The translations under genes were made by a program, and so were the position numbers. A stretch of 39,579 nucleotides of DNA from a virus, in the IMG/VR virus record IMGVR_UViG_3300005326_000030. One strand, 5' to 3'. Every line of letters begins with the position of its first letter. Within the stretch, counting starts at the first letter, position 1. Positions 7,290 through 15,600 of the stretch are shown here, piece after piece. The notes beneath the pieces were generated by a model, which was not told where the DNA came from, did not search any database, and saw only the letters and a program-made list of their open reading frames with translations.

Positions 7290-8399
7290 TTAGAAGAAAG
7301 CAAATGCTCCACTTTGTTGAACATTTAAAGTTAAATCTTGTGCTGAACTTAAAGTAGGAGTTGTAGAACCTGTAATAGAAGTAAAGTAATCACAACGTAT
7401 ACGACCAACTCCACCATCTCCACCATAATTCCACCATCCACTTCCATTTGAGCCAGTTCCACCAACCCCACCAGCAGCAGTAATTCTGTTAGTTCCTAAA
7501 ACAGCAACTTGACACTTTATAAGACAAGAACCACCAGCTCCACCACCCCCACCAGTCCAATAAGCAGAATCAGCAGTCCCGTTTTCACCAACGCTACCAG
7601 TAAGAGGTATCGTTCCAGTAATTGTTATATTTTTGGCAATAATTAAAACAATTCCACTTCCATTCCCACCCAAACCATTAGAAGCATCACGGTTACCAAA
7701 ACCACCTGAACCACCAGCACCACCAAATACCATTGTAGTCAAAGCAGCAGCTCCAGCAGCAGCACCACCAGTACCAGCAGCACCAGCTTGCCCAACATTT
7801 CCGTTACCACCAGCAGTTCCATTTCCACCGCCACCACCACCAGCAGCCGCATCTCCAGCACCCTTTGGACCACCACCACCACCGTTTCCGTTTGCATTAC
7901 CAGATTGTGTTCCACCAGCAGCAATAGTCCCATCTCCTTGTTTACCTGTTCCAACACCACCAACCGCACCTCCTTTCAAAAATCCAGATGGTGGAGTAAT
8001 ACTTCCACTAACCGTTAAATCACCGTTACTCATTATTGCAGTGATTCCACCTACTGTTCCATTCCACGCAGTTCCTGTTACGGCACCACTAATATCACCA
8101 CCTGAATATTGAGGAATTAAAACAGCCTGTGCACCAGTAGAATAAGAATTAACTAAAGCACTATATAAATTGAGAGTTGCACCAGCATCACTAACTACTT
8201 TGACTATTTCCCAAGTTCCAGCAGCAGTAGCGTGTTGTGATTGATGAACAAGAATTTGGTCTCCTTCACTAGCAGCTAATGCAGTTGTTAAAACAGTTTG
8301 TCCAGCAGTTCCAGTACAAGTAGCATAGGTGTTGACAGTTCCAGAGATAGCGTTTGGGCTACCGTCTGAACCATCTCCCCAGTTAATCCATTGGCTCAT
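7290..8399 (-). CDS. Glycine-rich fibre/structural protein
   Basis: GGxGG and poly-G tracts (GNGGGGGPKGAGDAAAGGGGGGNGTAGGNG). Lies in the structural module. Paralogue of 18835..19755. Confidence 0.6.
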   Translation of the reverse strand: MSQWINWGDGSDGSPNAISGTVNTYATCTGTAGQTVLTTALAASEGDQILVHQSQHATAAGTWEIVKVVSDAGATLNLYSALVNSYSTGAQAVLIPQYSGGDISGAVTGTAWNGTVGGITAIMSNGDLTVSGSITPPSGFLKGGAVGGVGTGKQGDGTIAAGGTQSGNANGNGGGGGPKGAGDAAAGGGGGGNGTAGGNGNVGQAGAAGTGGAAAGAAALTTMVFGGAGGSGGFGNRDASNGLGGNGSGIVLIIAKNITITGTIPLTGSVGENGTADSAYWTGGGGGAGGSCLIKCQVAVLGTNRITAAGGVGGTGSNGSGWWNYGGDGGVGRIRCDYFTSITGSTTPTLSSAQDLTLNVQQSGAFAFF

Positions 8400-8401
8400 A
8401 G

Positions 8402-8884
8402 TTAGAAATTATTTAAAATAAGTAATTTTCTTCTTATACCTTTATGTTTTGTTCCATGACATTTTTTACATAAGGTAATTCCATTATTTATATCTAGTCT
8501 TAATTTTGGGAATAGTGAGAATGGTTTAATATGATGAGCAACTAAATAACCAGTGAATCCACAATCTTGGCAAATATAATTATCTCTAATAAAAACTGCT
8601 GAACGCCATAAACTGTATTCAAGTGAACTTCTTATTTTTTTTTGTTCAATAGTCTTGCCGTTATCACTAAATTCAATTCTACACTTTTTACTACAAAGTG
8701 TTTGAACGGTATTATTTCTACTTGGATGAAATAACTCACCACAATTTTTACATACTTTTTCTATTCTTGAAGTTTTGCTATCATAATCCGCCCTACATTG
8801 ATAACAACAAAACTTATATTCCCTTTGAGGATTATGTTTCTTTCCAAATTCTTTATTACAATTTTGACAGTTAAAAATTTTCAT
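8402..8884 (-). CDS. HNH endonuclease with N-terminal CxxC zinc-ribbon repeats
   Basis: CQNC..CYQC, CKNC..CSKKC, then the HNH core CQDCG..HHIKP...NGITLCKKCH. Confidence 0.75.
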   Translation of the reverse strand: MKIFNCQNCNKEFGKKHNPQREYKFCCYQCRADYDSKTSRIEKVCKNCGELFHPSRNNTVQTLCSKKCRIEFSDNGKTIEQKKIRSSLEYSLWRSAVFIRDNYICQDCGFTGYLVAHHIKPFSLFPKLRLDINNGITLCKKCHGTKHKGIRRKLLILNNF

Positions 8885-8886
8885 AT

Positions 8887-9765
8887 TTAAAAATTATTTA
8901 ATGCAAAAAGTAGATCGAACTTTGTGTCTGTGGCATTAAACATAAAGCCCATATATAAAGTCTTTCCTAATACCGTTGTAGTAGGTAAAGCTAAATCACT
9001 AGAAGCTCTAAATTCCGTATCATAAGTTAATGCTCTAGCTGTACCATCATCTTTGATTCTGACTATTAGTTTTTGTCCAGCAACAGCAGTTCCACCAGGA
9101 TTATTTAATTTTAATGCACCTGCTTGTGCTGTAACATCAAACTCATCACAAGTAGAAACATCTAAGGCTGTTCCTGTATCGGTTGTATAAGAAGCAGCCG
9201 TTACAATACGAGGATTAATTCTTTTATTAGTAAATGTAGTAGTCGAAGTAGGAGTAACTGTTAAACCAGCATCTTTTAAACCTTTAGGAGTAACGATTAG
9301 ATTATCAGCAGTTCCAGTGGTAATGTCTCCACTAGCAGCTTTAGCCGTACCAGTAAAAGAGGTATTAATTACTGGAGTAGTAAGAACTGTACTATCTTTA
9401 ATAGTTCCATCTTGGTTAAAAGCAACTAAGAAAGCATCTATAAGATCATTCCAATTATCAGCAGTAAATAGAATTTCAACTACTGTACCTGCTAACCAAG
9501 CCTGTGCTGTACCTTCAACACCTCTTAAACAATCAATGACATTAGTTCCTGAAATAACACCGACAACACCTTCAAAGTTTCCTGTAATCTTTCCTAAAGT
9601 ATCAACACGATTAATAGTTATCATTACAGCTGTATCAGTTGGAATACCAGAGACTGAACTTAATGGAATAGTAGTAACCGATCCATCATTAACACCACCT
9701 GAACCGATAACACCGCTCCATTGTGCTACCCCTTTTCTTAATTTATCTGAACTATTGGCTGAAAT
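8887..9765 (-). CDS. Fibre-like structural protein, 292 aa, probable ATT start
   Basis: The reading frame stays open 141 nt upstream of the first ATG (9624) with no ATG, GTG or TTG codon. AGGAGG lies 5 nt before the ATT at 9763-9765. The ATG at 9624 has no SD. Confidence 0.5.
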   Translation of the reverse strand: MSANSSDKLRKGVAQWSGVIGSGGVNDGSVTTIPLSSVSGIPTDTAVMITINRVDTLGKITGNFEGVVGVISGTNVIDCLRGVEGTAQAWLAGTVVEILFTADNWNDLIDAFLVAFNQDGTIKDSTVLTTPVINTSFTGTAKAASGDITTGTADNLIVTPKGLKDAGLTVTPTSTTTFTNKRINPRIVTAASYTTDTGTALDVSTCDEFDVTAQAGALKLNNPGGTAVAGQKLIVRIKDDGTARALTYDTEFRASSDLALPTTTVLGKTLYMGFMFNATDTKFDLLFALNNF

Positions 9766-9780
9766 TGTGACCTCCTATAA

Positions 9781-9848
9781 AATTACTAAAAAACCCGCCA
9801 CATAGACGGGTATTACCTTTAAAGGTATTTACTAGGTTAATTATAACA
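9781..9848 (-). promoter_or_regulatory. Late cassette copy D: TGTTATAAT, 5 nt, TAGTAAA, hairpin 1, hairpin 2, T-run
   Basis: TATAAT at 9840-9845. Hairpin 1 is TACC-TTTAA-GGTA. Hairpin 2 is ACCCGTC-TATGT-GGCGGGT followed by T5. Confidence 0.6.
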
Positions 9849-9876
9849 TTTTTTACTTGTTGTTTTATCATAAAAA

Positions 9877-11871
9877 TCATTGGAACCAACTTGACGGTGA
9901 TTGTTTATTGAGTAACCTACCTTTAGTTTGTATTGAAAGTATGGAATATTTTGTATTTGCACTATTAGAATAAACCCTATATTGAATAGAATAAACTTGT
10001 TTACGAATTTTTTTACCCTTTTTAAGTGATGATTGTGAAAAAGTTGTTGGAACTCCATTAGTATCTGAGAATTTAAAATCAGAATACATATCAGTTGACA
10101 TACCTGATGTGTAGGAAGTATTAGAAGTTATCGATCTAGTTGCTAGTGAAGAAAATCCTTTTTTAGCTTCTATTCCTAAAATTTCAAAATTAATTCTTCC
10201 TTTTGGTCGTCCTAATTCAATAATACTCTCTTTAGTTTTTAAGACATTACTTTTATCATTAGAAACGGGAATAAGAGGACTTAAATAAGATTGATAAAAT
10301 GGTTGTCCAAAATCTCCCTCAAAGTTCTGATTAATTTCTATTAAACGATTACCTGTAATAGGGACTCCTAAAAAGTGAGTAGTAGCATCTCCTGCAGTAT
10401 TTTCAGTATGTTCAAAGAATCGTTTTACTCCTTTAGTCCATTTATAATTCCAGTTATTGTATTCCATATCATAGATGAAAATAATGTCATTTGATGTTCC
10501 CTCAGCTCCTGAGAAGAATACTTTACCTTCATAGTAGTAAGAACATAGATTTTGTATTTGTGATTGATTTAAGGAGCGATAATCAGGTCTTATTGGTTGA
10601 GAAGTTTCATCAGTTGATAATAGATTTAACATCTGAGGTTTACTTCTAAGAAAGAAAAATCCTTTTTTATTACAAAATCCAATGTTGTCTCTAGCTTTAA
10701 CGACTGAGAATGGAGCATTTGAACCAATAGAACCAGTTATTTTCTGAACAAAAGGTAAATCAAAAGTAACCCCATTAACAGTTGTACTTGTTAGAGTAAT
10801 CTGCCAAATAGAACCAGTACCCTCTGGACTTGAACAGAGAACAGTAGCAATAGATACTCCTGCACCTGTACGATAATGAACTACTTTGACCGGTGTTTCT
10901 CGTCCACCTAATTCAAGATCTACTGAACCACCACCATCAAAATCACTCCAAGAACCCCAAGTATTAGATGAAGCACTACCCCAATATACTCTCCATCTAT
11001 TATCAGGATCATTTGTACCCCATAAACGATTATTAGAAATTTCTAGTGTTCCAAATTTAGGAGCAGCAGTAGTATCGCCATCGTGGATAGGTAAAAACGG
11101 ATTCCAAATAGCCGAACCATCATCTTTATAAGTGATAGTCGCATCGGCGGTAGCAACAACATCAGCTAGATAAGATTCAAACCCTTGCTGTTCGTGTGCG
11201 TATACTCGGTAACTTGTAGCTCCGGTAACTTTTGACCAACTTAGGGTTACATATTCCGTATCTCCCCAATTTACTCTTTCTTTATTAACAGTGACATCAA
11301 TCTCATTACTTCCAACTGTTTCACCGACAGCATTAAGAGCAGTTACCATGTACCAATAATGGAAAGAACCAGTAGTTAAAACCGTACGAGCAAATGAAAG
11401 ATCAGATATAGGATCAATAGCAGTATAGATAAGTAAATTAGTACCATCATATCGCATTAAGGGATCAACTCCATTAGTTATATATAATTGAGAACGAACT
11501 TGTAAAAAATCAGGGTTAGTTCCAGGAGTGAGAGTGGCACTTCCAACTTGTTCCCAAGCACCTTTATCTACACTTTTCCAAATCTTACCAGTAGTTCCAC
11601 CTACGGCAATAATTTCTTTAGTTAAATCAGTCTTAATAAATTCAGCTGCACCATCTATCGAAGTTTCGCCTGTTATAGCTGGTCCATAATAATCCATACC
11701 CCAACGAGTAGACCATATACCATCTTGATCTTGGATCATATTAGTTGATTGGACAGCAAATTTTGATGGCATACGAGCTTCGTCTATAAGAGACGAGTAC
11801 CCTCCCCGAAATTCTTTTATATCTAAAATGGTAGGTTTTGCAACCGTTCTACTAATATTAGTTAATTTCAT
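9877..11871 (-). CDS. Tail nozzle / tubular-B-like protein with beta-propeller and FN3-like insert
   Basis: Its size and position match a podovirus nozzle protein. There is an Asp-box-like SVDKGAW and an FN3-like VTLSWSKVTGATSYRVYA. Confidence 0.4.
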   Translation of the reverse strand: MKLTNISRTVAKPTILDIKEFRGGYSSLIDEARMPSKFAVQSTNMIQDQDGIWSTRWGMDYYGPAITGETSIDGAAEFIKTDLTKEIIAVGGTTGKIWKSVDKGAWEQVGSATLTPGTNPDFLQVRSQLYITNGVDPLMRYDGTNLLIYTAIDPISDLSFARTVLTTGSFHYWYMVTALNAVGETVGSNEIDVTVNKERVNWGDTEYVTLSWSKVTGATSYRVYAHEQQGFESYLADVVATADATITYKDDGSAIWNPFLPIHDGDTTAAPKFGTLEISNNRLWGTNDPDNRWRVYWGSASSNTWGSWSDFDGGGSVDLELGGRETPVKVVHYRTGAGVSIATVLCSSPEGTGSIWQITLTSTTVNGVTFDLPFVQKITGSIGSNAPFSVVKARDNIGFCNKKGFFFLRSKPQMLNLLSTDETSQPIRPDYRSLNQSQIQNLCSYYYEGKVFFSGAEGTSNDIIFIYDMEYNNWNYKWTKGVKRFFEHTENTAGDATTHFLGVPITGNRLIEINQNFEGDFGQPFYQSYLSPLIPVSNDKSNVLKTKESIIELGRPKGRINFEILGIEAKKGFSSLATRSITSNTSYTSGMSTDMYSDFKFSDTNGVPTTFSQSSLKKGKKIRKQVYSIQYRVYSNSANTKYSILSIQTKGRLLNKQSPSSWFQ

Positions 11872-11874
11872 AAT

Positions 11875-12546
11875 TTAAAAACCTGGATTGTTATCTACAA
11901 TCTCAAGATATTGATAATTAGATATTTGATCGTTCTTTAATCTCATACCATCTAACTTATTAATAGCAATTTGTGCATAAGTAGAAGAAAGTCCTGGATC
12001 ATCATCTTTAGTAAGTTCTGATAGAGTCCAATAAATAGCAAACTGTTCATCTTCCATTTCAATAGTGTCTGTTCCAAGAGTAGGGATAAAAGCAGTTTTG
12101 TAATAATCGTAGTTGATATCTAAAACGGCACTTGGTATCGTATGCATCAAATGAATTTTAAAACCTGTTTTTCTATTCCCAGTAATATAATAAACATCTT
12201 CAGTTGTGCCTTGATAAGCCACTGCCTCAGTTGCTTCTATTTTACGATAATAAACAGCGGTATCACCTGTTCCTATCTTTACAAAAGAAACTGGAAAAAC
12301 AAAATCTGTAGGACAATCATAAGTATCTAACCCTATAACTGTTTGAACATCACCATCTTCTGCATCTACGAGAGATACAAATAGTTCTTTCCATTGTGTA
12401 CCGTTCTCGTTATCGTGTTCCCATATACCTATAGAATTACATAGTAAAGCAAATCTAACTATATAATCTTCTTCTCCAGAAGTAGGGTAAACAGAATCTT
12501 TACTATAAAGTGTATGGATTCTTTGTAATAGTGTTGTTACTGTCAT
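11875..12546 (-). CDS. Adaptor / tubular-A-like structural protein, 223 aa
   Basis: Called on position only, immediately upstream of the nozzle-like gene. Start trimmed to MTVTT because 12547-12639 covers a terminator hairpin and overlaps the end of the 1512-aa gene. Confidence 0.3.
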   Translation of the reverse strand: MTVTTLLQRIHTLYSKDSVYPTSGEEDYIVRFALLCNSIGIWEHDNENGTQWKELFVSLVDAEDGDVQTVIGLDTYDCPTDFVFPVSFVKIGTGDTAVYYRKIEATEAVAYQGTTEDVYYITGNRKTGFKIHLMHTIPSAVLDINYDYYKTAFIPTLGTDTIEMEDEQFAIYWTLSELTKDDDPGLSSTYAQIAINKLDGMRLKNDQISNYQYLEIVDNNPGF

Positions 12547-12554
12547 AATTTTAA

Positions 12555-12591
12555 TAAAAAAAAATACCCAAGACAAAAACTGTCTGGGTAT
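12555..12591 (-). terminator. Intrinsic terminator after the 1512-aa gene
   Basis: Minus strand reads ATACCCAGACA-G-TTTT-TGTCTTGGGTAT (one bulge) followed by T9. Confidence 0.65.
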
Positions 12592-12625
12592 TAATGTAAA
12601 TAATATTCCTACGTCTATTTTAACA

Positions 12626-15600
12626 TTAAGCCATAGCAACTTTCAATGCTGATGATTTTATTGGTGCTTTTAATGTTAAATTTAATTTAGGTGTTTTAAT
12701 CTTCTTGAGTTTAAGACTAGTTAGTTTGTTTGATTTGGTTGTTTTAAACTTACTCAATGATTTACCCTTAGTTGAGGTAATTTTAAAAGCTAGTTTAGGT
12801 ATTTTAACTGGTTTAATTTTAAGAGAAGCAATTTTTTTAATAGTGAGATTAGGAGTTTTTCCAATGGTTAGTTTCTTACCACTACCAGTAGATGATGATT
12901 TTGCTTTCAATGCCTTTATATACTTTTCAGCTTCTTCGGCTGTTAGTTGGCCATCTTCATAGAGTTTAACGACATTGTTAATACGAGTAGTAATGGCTGA
13001 TTTGTAAGAAGATTTAAGTTTTTTATCAACTTCAGTAAACCCTGTTAATTTAGGTTCTTCAATCTCTTTTCCTAAATCAATAGTAGTAACTGTTCCGGCT
13101 TCACTAACTAACTTATAAACGTTTTCGCTTGTTTCATCTATGGCTTCATCTTTTAATGAATTGGCAATTTTTGTCTGTTCTGCTTTTGGTAACTTATTTA
13201 CTTCTTCACGCCAATTTAAATCTTTCTTTTGAGCTTCTTCTTTGGTTATTCGCCCGGCTTTCATTTCCTTATAAAGATAGGTTTCAAACTGTCCTTTAAT
13301 TTGGTTTTCTTCATTAGTTAATACTTGTAAATTAGACTCATCATTACTACCCCCTAAAGTTAAAGCTATTTTATGGTCTATTTGAGTTGAGGTATTTCCC
13401 TTATCTAAAGTTCCAAGTGAGTTTTTACGTTCCAATATGACTGTTCCACCCTCAACTTTACGAATAGGATTACCAGCAATAACAGCTTTAATAGTTTGTC
13501 CAGGATCAGTTACGATTGATTTTCCATATACACTTATTTTTCCACCTAAAGAAGTAGGTGCGTCAGTAGATTTGACATAACCAGTATCAGGCATATATTT
13601 AAGGTCAATGTTAGCTCTTACTTTCTTTCTCTCAGCAGTAACTAATTTATCTATGGCTTCTTGTTTAGACTCATCGTCTAGTTTTTGATATGAATTGCTA
13701 TTAAATAATGCTTCTAAGGAAGTTGATACCGCTTTACCAGCTTCTTCTTCATACTGGTCTAAACTCTTTTGGTCTAAGACAACCTTAGTTCCGTTGATAG
13801 TTTGATTTTTAGTTATTTTACTAGGAGTAGCGTTATAACCACCTTCGTTAAGTCGTTTAAGTTCATCTACTACATTATTACTAATAGGAGTTTTAGAATT
13901 GAATAGGTCAACAAAAGCACCTAATCCAGTTGGTTCTTGTTTAAGGATGTTTCCTAAAGTATCTCTTTTTGGTGTCATTTGATTTCTCCAAATAGGAACA
14001 CCTGCTTGAATAGAAGTCTTAATGTTCCCTCCCATAGTTCCAGTGTCTACTTCTCTTTGAGTTGGATCAAGTGATTTAGAAATGTCCTTTACTATATTAG
14101 GAGTTAGAGAACTTATCTGACCTCCTACATAAGATTTACCATATCTTGTAGGATCGGTGATTGCTTGGAGTGGTTGTTGAACACCAGCTAAAAAAGTTTG
14201 ATTTAATTGGTCTTGAACTAGACTTAATCCATATTTCCCTATGTTACCTTCTGGGTTGTTTAATTCTTCGTCTGCTTTAGCACCAGCAAGTAAGATAATA
14301 GCTTGTGGCCCAATAGAATTAATTGATCGCCATTTACTATTGATTAAAATAGAATTAGCTTGTTTACCTTCTAACTCCCATTGTTTACGTTCAGCATCAT
14401 CTTTTGGTTGACCAGTGATAAGTCCCTTACCTGCAAGATAAGCACCTAAAGCAAATATACCAGTTCCAATAGTTCCTCTACCTATTTCTTGAGCCGCTTG
14501 TCTTTGTAAGTCAGGAACATTTTTAGTAACTACTTTCCCAGCGTCTTTAATCCCGTTTAGAAGTCCTAACGGTGAATAATCAAAAGTCTTAGTCAACATT
14601 GATGATGGGACACCGGTAAAAGGTGCAACAACTTCGGAAGCAAGTTTTCCATACCATTTACTCCCCATTACTCTTTTAAAATTAGCAGCTACGTTACTAA
14701 TCATATTCTTATCTTTGAAAGTAGCATAGTTAGCGTCTATTGTAGCTTGATTTTTCATTGCCTCACTAGCGTTATTTACTAGATTTTGAATAACTTTAGT
14801 ATTGCCTTTTTTACCTTGATTCATAGCTTCTGCACCAGCTTGATTATAAAGTGAGCGAGAATAACTAGATTGCCAAAACGGTTTATCTTCTGCTGATAAG
14901 GTATTAAATACAAAGTCAGTATACTTCTTCAATGCTTGGTCAGTAGGGGTATTTTTCCAAGTTATCTTTTTTACGTCAAATTTAGATATTTCTTTTGATG
15001 GATCAAAACCATACTTCATAATGTCTACTGATTGTCCGAACCCTTCTTTAGCACCACTAACAGTTCCTTTTAATGTTGGGCTAATAGTTCTTTGACCAGT
15101 TCTTAATGACATTAAATAGTCAGCAAATCCAGCTGGTGCTTGAGATGTTATTTCAGCTCCTTGCATTACTGTGTTACCTGCGATGTTTCTTATATGAGTT
15201 CTAAGTGATGTTAAAAGTCCAGCCTTCCAAACAGTTATAAATTTATCTGTTTTACTAGATGGAATAAATGAATTAATAGTTTGTTCGAGTTGGTTAAGGG
15301 CGATATTCTTTTCTTTACCATCAACCATATTACGAATTGCTTCTACTTGTCCTGAAATAAGTTTTTGTTGTTCTCCAGTTAGTTCTGGAAGTTTAACCTT
15401 AGCAGTTCTGTTATATTTTTTAATTTGTCCAGCAGCGCTTAATGATATAGCCTGTGGGGACATTTTTTGTAGTAAAGAATATGCTTGAACACCACGACCT
15501 AATTCTGTACCAATATCAGAAAGATTATTAAACAAAGCAGCAGCTTCATCGTGTTTTCCAGCAGCGTCTAAATTAAGAGCTTCTTGCATAGCAGCAGTTA

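Noticed and set aside
7633-8112. Plus-strand 159-aa Pro/Ala-rich ORF, together with the 7739..7969 (-) and 7788..8018 (+) ORFs.
   Set aside because: They are shadow frames of the GGN-repeat DNA in the glycine-rich gene 7290..8399. Their low-complexity composition is dictated by the real frame.
9317-10058. ORFs 9317..9805 (+) and 9837..10058 (-).
   Set aside because: The first is antisense to the fibre-like gene and its ATT-start extension. The second is an out-of-frame ORF on the same strand as the nozzle-like gene, overlapping its 3' end and cassette D.
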